64,000 nt of DNA from Octopus vulgaris (Eukaryota), in assembly GCA_951406725.2 (NCBI GenBank), contig OX597839.1:36766001-36830000 (forward strand), in the 5' to 3' direction. Of this stretch, positions 1-12,293 are shown piece by piece. The notes beneath the pieces were generated by a model. That model was not told the DNA's origin. It searched no databases and saw only the letters and a list, made by a program, of their open reading frames with translations. Both the position numbers and the translations under genes were made by a program. Every line of letters starts with the position of its first letter. The stretch's first letter is position 1.

Positions 1-455
1 ATTAACCTCTGATCAAACATCACTGGAGCATATAGTCATTATAGATGTATTACAGTCATGCTGCTATGTAGCTTTCTTTAGTCTTGGGCCACAGGCCCAA
101 TTAGCCCTCTGCAGGAGCTATCCTAAAAATCTGCAAGGAGTTCAGCTTTTAAGCTAGCATATAATAAAAGTAAAATAGCAAAATAATGAAGACAGAGCTT
201 CTTACAATGTGTAAAGGCAAAAGTTAAATAACCTCTGCATATTTCAGGCACAACGGCTCATTCTCAGAAGTGGATGTAGTCAACAAAATACTCACATTTC
301 TTGAGGGTTTACCCCTTTCTTGCTGCATGAATGTTGTGTATGTCACTTGCCTGGACTTGTGCCTGGGAGGGTAACTTTCTAGGTGCAATCCCATGGTCAG
401 TCATGACCAAAGGGGATCCCAGCTCAGCATATATATATATATATATATATATCTA

Positions 456-778
456 CAGGGTGCAATGGGTAAATTGTTGCCATTTTATAATTGTAATTTC
501 ACTCATGTGCATTGGTTGTTTTTGGTTTTGTTGACTACACAGTGTAGTAGGGTTAATTGGACGCCATCTGTGAGAAAAACAGCACTACAATGCAAATCAC
601 TCTGCCAGAAATTTGGAAATGACATGCTGTACTGCTTGGCAATATGAACATTTCAGAGTGCTTGGGTGTCAATCTGAAGACAGTGCAGAGGATTTGGAAT
701 GAGTTGGATGAGTCTAATGGTGATTACGTAGGTACTACAGCTTGGAAAACTCACTCTGATCGTTCTGATAAGAAATTG
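456..778 (+). mobile_element. Tc1/mariner-superfamily 5' fragment (TIR plus HTH start)
   Basis: TA|CAGGGTG terminus; HTH-like ISECLGVNLKTVQRIWNEL; a homologous inverted copy lies at about 6150-6330. Confidence 0.6.
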
Positions 779-2189
779 TTGTTTCTCTCTCTCTCTCTAC
801 TTCTTTTAGCTCTCCCTCTATTTTTCTTCCATTTCTCCCTCATGTGTATCTGGATGTGTGTGCAGGTATATAAATTTGTAGACATGTATAAGTATGTTTG
901 TATATGTATGTGTGTGTATATAAGTATGTATATGTATAAATGTACATACACGAATGTATATATAAGATCCCCTCACCTCTAAACTCTCTGTAACGAAGTG
1001 TCTTAACTATCTTGATACTGTACACATCAATAATTGATTACTGTGTAATCATCACATTAATTACCCATAACATCAATTATATTAGTATTTAATTAAGCAG
1101 AGCTAATGATATTCAATCCAAGCTATGTTTTAATACTAATACTGCTTGTGTGTCTACACACACATATATATGTATGTGAGTATATCATCATCGTTTAATG
1201 TCTGCTTTCCATGCTGGCATTGGTTGGATGGTTTGACTGAGGACTGGCGAGCCAGAAGGCTGCACCAGGCTCCAATCTGATCTGGCAAACTTTCTACAGC
1301 TGGATGCCCCCTTCCTAATATCAACCACTCCAAGAGTGTAGTGGGTGCTTTTACGTGTCACTGGTACGATGGCCAGTCAGGCGGTTCTGGCAATGACCTC
1401 GTTCAAAAGGTGTTTTTTACATCCTACTTGCACATTGATAATCCATGTAGGTTGATGAGGGACATTGCTGAGCAGCTCAAGGTGGAAGAGTCTAATGCCA
1501 GACATGGGATCCACAAGAATATCAAGTACAAATGCAGTTCTATGTGATGAAGATAGAGCAGATCATGTCCCACAATTTCTGGTGGCCAAGTGCTTTCTGA
1601 AGAAGCTCAAAGATCCTTGAAACCTACTCTGGTTCTTCTCCAAAGAGAAGTTTTACTAGAACTAGAAGCTGAACAGGAGGGGCAGTATGTGACTCTTTGC
1701 TGACTCCACAGAGAAGTTCCTACTGACTCTGATAGGAGACATAAGCAATTAGGACCATATCATATTACCTTACGTCTTCCCATGGGGCCTCAGGGTCAAT
1801 GCACTTTGACTGCACGGAAGTAATAAAACTCTGGATTGAGGAGTTATATTTGCATGGGTTAGATAAAATTCATTGAGTCAGATTTGCCAGGTCTTGGTCT
1901 TTTCTGCTTCTAAGAAAGATAATATTTTCCTATCAAACATGTTTTTCATGGATGATTGAAAACAAGGAACACTACTTGTATGATGGAGATGCATGATTAC
2001 AATTGTGCAATGTCAAAACAAGGAGATACTAAAACACACACATATATGTGTGTGTATGTGAGAGAGAGAGAGAGAGAGAGAGTTTCAGTTTTCATCAATC
2101 AAATCCTATTACAAAACTTTGAATTTTGTGCACTTGGTGCTTCAGGACTTAAATGACTTTGTAACTTCAGCTGATTAAATATATATATA

Positions 2190-2442
2190 TCTTTATATAT
2201 AAAAGTGAAGTTGTGTGTCTGTCTCCTACAATTTAGATTCCTAACCACTCCCACATTTTGCGGTGCAGTTTAACCAAAACCGGGTATCTTATAGTCATGA
2301 TTCATATCGAGCCCTTCTGGGTATTAGCGCGCGTCTACGATGAGTCTACGATTTAAAAAAATTTACCATCATTTTTTTGGCTATAACTCTCTAAAAATGC
2401 TTATATAGTTATTTCCCTTACAAACCCGAGCGATACTGCTAG
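2190..2442 (+). mobile_element. Small non-autonomous Helitron-like element
   Basis: Starts TC(TTTATATATAAAA), ends ...ACCCGAGCGATACTGCTAG; inserted at A|T in a TA microsatellite; CpG-rich relative to flanks. Confidence 0.6.
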
Positions 2443-2474
<32 letters not shown>

Positions 2475-5400
2475 ACGGCCACGCAGTTCTGAGCTGAAAC
2501 TACACAATATATATATATATATTTTCATGCTCTGAATTTTTTGTTTCATTAAACCTTGATTTTTTTCATTCATTGCCTATTATATATATTTATCGTATTA
2601 TATATTTCAGGAATTTTATTTGCTGCAAGATAATCACTAAATTGCTTATATGGCAGAATCAAAATTTGAGGTATGTATATTCATATCTATCTATTTATCT
2701 ATATATATATATATATATGTGTGTGTATGATATACTGAAAATTCCTGATTACTCATCTGAGTTTCAACATTTCAGATACAGGTTCAAAAGTCAAAACTTA
2801 GAGTAGCTATCATGAAGAAAAAGTTTCTAACAAATATTTATGCAACATGTCTTATGCGTATTGAGTACATGATTTTCTTTATCATGCTCATATGTATGCT
2901 TACAGGGAAATGGGAAGTATTAAATTTCCTGTTTCCCTCTACTTTATTAAATACGTGTGTGTGCGTGTGTATTGCAGCAAACTGTTTTAAAGGAATTGAA
3001 TAAAACTAATTTCAATTTATCATTTAATAACTAATAAAGAGCACACAGAAATTTATGTTCTTGCTTCAGTCATTGGACTGTGACCATGTTGGGGCACTGG
3101 CTTGAATCAACACCAGTTCTTATATTTTAAACTTAGTAGTTGTTCAATCAGTTTCGTTTTGCTGAGTTGCTAAGTTATGGAGATGTAAACAAACCAACAC
3201 CAGTTATTAAGTAGTGAGAGACATCCACTGCCCTCCCCCACTCCATGAACACTAATGATAAACTTCAGCAGTTTCTATTTACCAAATCCACTCACAAAGC
3301 ATTTGTTGGCCCAGGGCTATAAAAAATCATTGTTATAGAGTGAACTTCATAATTAAACAGCCATGCCTGCACCTAGCTTCTTCAGAAACTGAGAAAACTA
3401 TAAGATGTTGCACAAGCAGTTGGCTTTGTTTCTTATAGCAGAAACGGCTGTAAGCTAATGAAGGTGATTATATAACTTCTATTCATTTGTCATTCATTCA
3501 TTAATATATGTATACATATATAGCTATATTTATTTATAATAATTATTACCTATATGGTTTTTTTTACCATGCTGGCCTCTTGATATGATCATTATTTTAA
3601 ATAATGGTCTTATCCTCTATATATATAAATATATGAATCTCTCAGAATTATTTCCACCATAGTATCATACTCCCTTTTTATTCCTTTTCTTTCACAATTT
3701 TCTAACTCTCCCCTTAGTGTTGGATAGCCCTGAGCACCTCTCCTTACACATACTATCTTATATCCTTTTTAACTCTATCCCTAACTTTTCCTCAACCCTG
3801 TCACTAATTCCTTCTCTCTCCTCTGTTTCCTGCCATACTTCCCCTTCTTCTATTTTCCATCTTTCATCCTGGCTCACGTCCAATTTTCTCTTCTAATCTC
3901 CCCCAGTTATAGGGATCTTTTTAGGGCCTTAGCCTTGCAAGTTACAAGGCAAATCACTAGTGCTGGTGCCACAGAAAAAAACTTCCAGTACACTTTGTAA
4001 AGTGGTTGGCATAAGGAAGGGCATCTAGCTATGGACATTGGTGTATAACACAGTCCTCCAACTCATCGGACCCTGTCAAACTATCCAATTTATTATGCCA
4101 GTATAGAAACCAGACATTAAATGATGATGTATGTGTGCTATATATACACATATGTATAGATACGACTATGTTACACACACGAGTGTTTGTATATAAGTAT
4201 ATTTAAATAAATGTATGAGTGTATATGCATGTATTTGTGTGTATATGTATGTATGTGTAAATATATATATAATGAGAGTATTTGGCTGTGTATATATGTA
4301 TGCCTATGTAGATATATATATATGCACATGTATATATCTATATAAACATATGTATATTTGTACGCATATACCTATACATGTGTGTCTATATACATACAGC
4401 ACACGTATCTGTATGTTATATAATCTTAGAACTTTTAAAGACACTCAAACCCGACATATAATCACACACATCACATTATGAGGTAGCACACACATACACA
4501 TGCAAAGACTATAATATTATGATGTGTAGCATACATGAGCTGGCTTTATAATTTATTTTTGAAGCTACTAGTTGTATGTTTTGCTCTAACCAACGGCTTG
4601 CACCCTTATGGTAAAAATCAAAAACAAGTGTCTGCTTTTCATTGTGGTAAGTAAACACAACTTTACATCTGTATGTTGTCCAACATTCATTTTTCTGACC
4701 ATGAATAGGAATATTCTGTTTTTTTAAGTTTGGAAATTTTTACTTGATAAAAATATTAAACTATGACAGAATGAATTTCTAAGAGAGAAAACTTCCTAAC
4801 ACCAAGTAACTTTTAGATTGTTTAAGAGATCAGTCTGAGAGAGAATCGTGAAACATTTCCTAATGGTTCTGCCATTATGGTACCACTATTTGTTTTCCTT
4901 CTCAAACTGACCCTTATAATATCTTGGAACTGAAGATGTTTCCATAAAGGACAACCCAAAATTGCAAGGAGGTAAATTTCTTTAAATATAAAATCGAAAT
5001 TCTTAACCCAATTCAAAATCAAATTACAAATAACTAAATAAAAAAATATAAAACTTCTTTGTTAAATTTGTACAGATGAGTTTTTAGATTTTTAAACTAA
5101 ATTCCAAATTTAGTTCAAATTCCACTAAGTTTTGAAAGAAATTTTTTTAATACTTGAAATAGGAGGGGTGGAGAAAATTCTTTTATAAATCTATGTGTGT
5201 GTGCATGTTTATATATATTGACATGCATTGAGGTTATGCCAAAAAATCAATGTTTTACTTAGTTGGGGGTCCAATTTGTGTTCACTGACTTCCATCTCCA
5301 TATATATACGTATCCTTCTCTGTATGTATGTGCATATATCGATATCTATCTATATACACACACTCTCTTCCTAGTTAGCTCTAAGCCCACTCCACACCTC

Positions 5401-6149
5401 CTCTTGCCTTTATCTCACAACCTATCCTTACTCATCTAGGATGCTCTCTACTTTCTTTCATTTGCTGCATCCATCTACTGTTTCCCCCATTCTCTTTCTC
5501 CATCCTCCTCATTGCCTGCCTATCTATGATGCGTTTGCAGTGCTTACACTTTGCTTTTCCTCATCTTTCTACTTCTGTGTTATCCTCCAGCACCTACTTC
5601 TTTCCTCTCGCTGTTCTTTTTCTCAAAGCTGCTATGCTTTCTCAACACCTCTTTCTTCTCTGACCTACCCACACCTCTCTTTCCTTCAATCTCTCTCAAA
5701 ATCCTAGTTTATTGTTCCCTTCCTTTTCTTCCACACCTTGTGTCCATACCCATTATAATGATGGATAGCCATAGACTTGTTGCACAACTTATCCTATCAC
5801 CTCTATCCCTCCCTTTCCCTCAACCCCTGCCACTAATCTCTTCTCTGTCCTCTCTTCCTTGCCATGCTCCCTCCATCCTCTCTTCCTACTTTCTCTTCTG
5901 TTCCTTCTCAGTTATAGGAGCCACTTTAGAACCTTAGCCTTCAAAGTTATGAAGCAATCTTCACTAGTGCTAGTGTTACAAAAATAGCACTCAGTACACT
6001 GTACAGTGGTTGGTATTGAAAAGGATATCCAGCCAGAGAAAACCTGTTAAAGTAAACTCTGGTACATGATTCAGTCTCCCAACCCATACCAATGATGATT
6101 ATATCTAATTGTATGTATGATTTGGTGTAAATATTGGAGTTTCCAGTGT

Positions 6150-6330
6150 GAATGCCAAGCAGTACAGCCTGTCGTTTCCAAATTTCTGGCAGAGTGAATC
6201 ATGTCATGGTGCTGTTTTTCTCACAGACATTACCCAACTGACCCTACTACGCTGTGTAATCGACAAAATCAAATACAAACTATGTGCATGTGTGAAATTA
6301 AAAATATAAAATGGTGACAATTTGCCATAT
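6150..6330 (-). mobile_element. Second copy of the Tc1/mariner 5' end, inverted relative to 456-645
   Basis: Reverse complement shares GTAGTAGGG...TCTGTGAGAAAAACAGCAC...CTCTGCCAGAAATTTGGAAA...GCTGTACTGCTTGGCA. Confidence 0.65.
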
Positions 6331-8200
6331 ATACATTTGGTTTGTTTTATAGTTCTTTAGATGTCTGTTTTGGTTTATTTAATTTTGTTTCATAGCTGCA
6401 GTTCTGTAACACTTTGTTTTGATTTTATTTTTGTTAATATGGGACTGTTATCCTTTTGGTTTTTATTTTATCTTTATTTTATGTTTGGTTTGGTGTATTT
6501 GTTTTGTATGTTTAGTGAAGGGTCCATGTTATTATATTTTCTTCAGTTTGTTTGGTTATAACTGCAGTTCTATGATGGTTTGTTATGTCTTGTAACACTT
6601 AAAAAAAAAAAAAAACTTTCTGCTTAGTAACCTTGAGTATGCATCAGCCCAATGAACATATTAAACCTATGTCAGGTTCCTGCCTCATGTTTATTTTTGA
6701 CACTGTTGACACCGTCAAATTGAGTGATGCTATCCAAGTGTTGAAATCATAGACAGTAGATTATGGGATGTCTACACATTTGTCATGCTTATACATGTTT
6801 TTGTTAAGAGCTATGTATATATGTGTGTGTGTGTATACGGGGTGCTTATGTTTGTTTATATTTGCACTTCTCCAAAAATCACTGGGCTATATGCAGTGAT
6901 GTTATTATTTCCCCTGTTAATGGGTCACCCAAGGGCTTTGTATCTTCAAAGATGCAAAATAAGAAATCCCTTACTTGAAAAACATGTAAGTATTAGTGAC
7001 AGGAAAGGCATTTGGTTATAAAATAATACCTGAGTTACATTTATCTAACCATGCTAGCATGGAAGATGGAAGTGAAAAGAATTTATGCATGAATTAGAGT
7101 TAGAGATAAATATGGTTGTATAGAATTATTACTATACTTTATGGTGTGTTCTATAACTTTTCTCTCTCTCCTATCTTCGATGAGAAGTTACGAAGGCCTG
7201 TATTGAGACCTGTATAGTTTCTCCCAAACTGGTAAGTTTGGTTTGGCTGATAACCTAGTCTGAACATTTCCAAATTAATGTAAACTTAAGCAGTAAAATA
7301 CCCAGGTATATGGATTGAATATTTAAATTCTGCTAAAGATACCCAAAGACCAGGTGGTGATAATATTGTTAATCCTTTTGTGATCATAGCCCTGTTGAAA
7401 TACACTGCTTTGCTAAAATCAAATTTGGAAATTATGAAGAATTCATGAAAATAATTTCGTCATTATTAAGCTGGTGTTTGGGACACAAATTAACATGAAG
7501 TCTTGATGAATGTTTTAATTTAGATCACTTAAAAATATGTAGATTATCCCAGAGAACAAGGAGTGTCTTATAAGAAAAGGGACTACTGCTGTTATTGTGA
7601 GGGTTCTCCTTCCTGTCACCTACAACTAGTGTTCTGCTTGTTTTGTTAAGGACACAATTTACATTTAACCACAATCCACCTGAGACCACTCCTGGTTCTC
7701 TGATAATCCTTGTTTTAAATCCAAATTAAACCTTTCTTCAAAGCTTCATGTAATTTATGTTGCTAATATCAAATTAATAATGACAAAGTTATTTTATTAA
7801 ATTCTTCATTAATTTCAAAATTAATCAAAAGAAAGGTAATGTATTTTGACAGAAATATGGCAACAAAAGGGTTAAAACGAATGTTAGCTTCCACAGGTCT
7901 TCTCGGCAGCATGTGTCTGTTGAAGTTCTAACAAACTGAGACGATGATGGAAACATTTTCATTTTTATCAATTTGAATTTTCAGACTGTAAAAAAAAAAA
8001 AGCAAAACAAAAAAATACCACTTTTCCTCTGCCAGAAAATGAAATAAATAAATTAAAAGAAATTGAACTAAATTTCTAATTGCTTGATCAGAATGTTGTT
8101 ACAGACCTCATATCTAACCATTCACATTTGTAATTGGGCGTGTTTGTTTTTTTTTCCTTCTTCTTTTTTTTTTTTTTTTTTTTTACTTTCTCATTACCAG

Positions 8201-8230
8201 TCCAAAATGCTTGGATTTCAGATGAGAGAG
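8201..8230 (+). other. Candidate upstream 30-nt micro-exon of the ECE-like gene (SKMLGFQMRE), phase 0, in frame with ATG 29849
   Basis: Long poly-T/pyrimidine tract ending ccag at 8200; gtaaca donor at 8231; AAAATG start context. No transcript evidence. Confidence 0.35.
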
Positions 8231-9177
8231 GTAACAGATTTACTCATCATCTTACAGCTTCATTCCTTGTACTCCTTCTTCATTGGCTGTTTATATATAT
8301 TTATTTATTGATTTATATATCATATTGCTTTTTGTCATTACCTTTATCATCTATCACTGTCAGTATTTGGATGTGTTTATCCTTTTATACACATATGTAT
8401 AAATATGTATATGTACACACACACATAGATGTGCATCTAAATGTATCTATATACACATATAGATGTTTGTGTGCATGTGTATATAGATATATATGAATAT
8501 GCATATATTATACATGTGTGTATGTTTAGTGATCTTTATGCAGTTAACAAGGAACAAAATATAACTTAACGTTTCATACCAGGACAATACTGGTTGTACT
8601 TGGTACAAGTGCAACAGCCACTCTGCATTCATCAAATTATTTGTTCAAAACGGCTTCCGGTAATCTGTGAGACAGAATGATGAAACACGAGTGTAGCAAA
8701 AAGTATATGGAATGAAGGTCAGCTGATATGCTTAGAATGTTAAGAAGATATCTATGAATAGTGTGTAAAGAGATGAACTAAAGATAGACAATACAGAAAG
8801 GCTTGTGTCCTATAATCCAATGACATCATTCATAGCCTAATGACTTTGCACACATCTAGGAGCAGAATTTTCTCCTGGGGACTATTTCTGTTATGGTAGG
8901 TCACCTCATGTCTGAATGCACTTGAATGTGTTCAACATGACATTACATATATACACACACACACCTATATGTACTTACACACTCACTCACCAAAATATAT
9001 AAACATACATCTTGAACTGTAAACATGTGTCCATAACTACATCAATTTGTGATGCTAATGACTTGAATATGGAGTGTTTATAAGTGTGACAATGAGAAGA
9101 AAAGAATAAGGGGGAAGTAGACCAAAAAATGTAGCATCAACAGTCTGATGGTTTTATCATCACAGCTCATCCTTCAG

Positions 9178-9873
9178 ATACTGTCAAGAAGGCTGAGGGT
9201 GTCTTGGTATCACTCACCAAATCCTTTGTGAGCCGCTCTCTGACTATCTATCTGTGGCTTTATATAGCTATGGTAAGACCTCACCTGGAATTTGCATCAC
9301 GGGTCTGGAACCCCTATCTTGCCCAGGACATCAATCGTCTGGAAGCTGTTCAGCGACGTGCAACCAAAAGAATACCCTCCATCAGGCATTTGCCATATTC
9401 TGAACGCCTTACTTCCCTGGGCATGGACACATTGAAACTCCGACGTCTGGCAGCTGACTTGGCAGACACCCATAAAATTATCAACCATCTTACAAACAAT
9501 AACTCTGAGCACCTTTTCAAACTCCACCCATCTAACACCTGTGGACATATTTACAAAGTCAGAAAACAGCACAGCTCCCATGACTTTAGGAAACATTTTT
9601 TCACGCTGAGAGTTGCTGAAGCATGGAACAAACTGCCGGCATCAGTTGTTAGTTGTCGGAGCACTGCATCCTTCAAAACTTCCATGCTTTCTGAGATTCG
9701 CCAACACTACACCTGATCTTCTCTTCCCCTCCATACACACGCAAGCATGTATCTGACTCATACACTCTTCACTTTTCAGACATTTGTACATTACTGCATG
9801 TACTTTATATGCACTTTTGACAAGTTGTGGTGCACCTGAGCACTGTATACAATAATTTCATTATTATTATTAT
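9178..9873 (+). mobile_element. 5'-truncated CR1/L2-like LINE 3' end (RT C-terminus with (TTA)n tail)
   Basis: ORF with LYIAMVRPHLEFA...WNPY...LEAVQRRATKRI...FFTLRVAEAWNKLP; short 3' UTR ending TTATTATTAT. Confidence 0.88.
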
Positions 9874-12149
9874 GTCAGCAAGAGAAATTACACAATACTA
9901 ACCAGCCATATTTGAAAAAAACAGAAACCATTCATCAAAATCTTACTGGTTTTGCACAATGAAAAGAACGCACATTCTACCAGGTTTAAGAACCCAGTGA
10001 ATTGTCTAACTTCAGAAATTAGATTTTTAGCCAATGTCCCCAAAGTTCATTCTATCAAATTGATATACTTCACCATCATTAGACACACTCACTTCATTCT
10101 ATAGTTTTTATCTCCTTCACTACCTTATTTCCTTTCTTTGCACTTTTTCCACTCCTATAACAGTACCTAGTCATGCTAGCAACCCCTCAGGGCCAAGCTG
10201 TTCTAGATACATATGATACTAAGTGGGTGCCTGTATGTGTATGACTGTTTAGGTGCGTGTGCAGGTTTGTGTAAATATGAGTGCATTTGGGCATGGATGC
10301 AGATGTGTATGTACTGATGTGCATTTGCAGATTGTGTATATTTCTGTTTACTCCTATCTGATCTCTCCATGCTCTTTTAATAAAGATTCCTTATTATTTC
10401 AGTAAGAGGAGTTATCACCCTTTTTATTTCTTTTGATTCTTGTGCTTCGTCATTTTATCTCACAGATTAACAGAAGCTATTTTCAGCATACAACTTGATA
10501 ATTACAGCTGCACTTAAACTAAGAACAACCAACACTATATCAGCATGAAACTTAAGTCATCATATTCTGTTCCTTGATAACTGCATAAAGGCCACATCAC
10601 AATATTTTATGGACTAAGTGTTTTACTTGTTGACTTTATATATATATATATATATACAATGTGGATGTCTTCACACAAACAGGCATACATTATGCCTTTG
10701 CATATATATATATATACACACACACACATATAAAGTTTTACTGAGATGTCCATACTAGAATCTTCCAACTTTGTGTGTCCATTAAAAGTACCTCTCATCC
10801 TCCTCTCCATCATGATCCGTACATGACTACTCAGGAAAGAGGTTTGGGGGCAGCACTAGATTTCTGATATTAATCTTGTGAGAAATTAAGGAATTACCCA
10901 TTAGTGAAGGCATCACTGTTAATAGCTTTCATATGGTTCCCCAAGCCTGCAGTTTAGTGGGGATTTTTGAGGTTTAGCAGTTATAGGGAACTGACAGTTG
11001 GTATGGAGAAAAACAGTTATTTTGAGATGAAATAGGGCAAAAAATGTCGGGACACAAGGGTGAAGAAGGAAAGTTGCTCTGAAACAATAGTTCTAGAAAG
11101 GCACAAAGTGGTATTTGAACATGTTTTTTGGAGCAGCTGTTGTTAGATTTGTCATTTTGTTACAATAGATCTACTATGTTGAGTACTTTCTTTCAAGGTC
11201 AGTATTAAATGTGTGTGTGAATATGTAAATAGATAAAGTTGCTTAATGTACCTTGAGGGCAAGTTTTTTCCAATAACAATAACCAGCTGATGGTAATATC
11301 CTGCTAACATTAAACAGTGTTTGGGTCTTAATGATTTTTATAGCAAAAACCAGTTGAAAACATTATCGCTGAATATAATAAATGACTTTCATAGTATATT
11401 TTTGAAGTGATCATCCTTGGTTTAGACTGTAGCAGAGTCAATAGATGAATCTATTTGCCTTTTAATGGCTAATTAACACAAATATCATTAAGAAAGATCA
11501 TTGTGTAAGATCTGAAAACTTTAAAGTACAGTCAATTTCAAAGATAAAATTTCTTTTTATAGTTTTCTGGCAAAACATTGGATTCTAAAATATGTGAGAT
11601 TTAAGTTTTACTTTGAGTTATCCATTTAAGTTACTCTGCTTCTGGCTTTGATAGACCCTTGTCAGTCTGTGTCATTAAGCAGAACATTAAATGAAAAACA
11701 TACAAGTTACTATATAAGCACAGGCTATGTGGCTTAGAAATTTGATTTGCAACTATATTGTTTCACATCCATTCCCACTGTGTGGAACCTTGGGCAAGTA
11801 TCTGTTACAGGCTGACCAAAACCTTGAGTAAGTTTGTTAGGTGGAAACTGTAAGAAGTCCACTGATAGCATATATGTCTCTTTGTTTAGTTTAAGCATGC
11901 CATGGCCATACAGTGTCATTCATTTCTAGTGTTTGAAAACATATCCAGCAATGAGGAAATATTAACTTACTTGGAAACAGGTGACAGAAAAGGTACCCAG
12001 TCAATGAAAATCTGCCTCAACAAATTCTGTCTGACTTATGCAAGCAGGGGAAAAAAAAAAGTAATCATTAAAATGATAAATTCCAGGAATATAAAAATTC
12101 TCTAGTCACTTATTTCCGATGATTAGTAAAATAATCTTCAGATTGTGTG

Positions 12150-12293
12150 TGTGGCATTAGGAAGGGCATCCAGCTGTAGAAACTCTGCCAGATCAGATTG
12201 GAGTCTGGTGCAGCCATCTGGTTCGCTAGACCTCAGTCAAATTGTCCAACCCATGCTAGCATGGAAAGCAGATGTTAAACGATGATGATGATG
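12150..12293 (+). repeat. Interspersed repeat family C (GGAAGGGCATCCAGC...CCATGCTAGCATGG...(GAT)n); other copies at ~1185-1400, 3940-4130, 5930-6100, 20460-20650, 32960-33150, 33900-34080, 48945-49085, 55040-55230
   Basis: Recurrent shared motif and (GAT)n tail on both strands. Confidence 0.8.

Noticed and set aside
5441-5937. Hydrophobic Leu/Ser/Phe-rich ORFs (also 6361, 31797 and others)
   Set aside because: Products of CT-rich or T-rich low-complexity tracts; no domain or splice support.
7170-7237. ATG followed by a GTAAGT donor
   Set aside because: In-frame TGA before the donor; could only be non-coding and has no other support.
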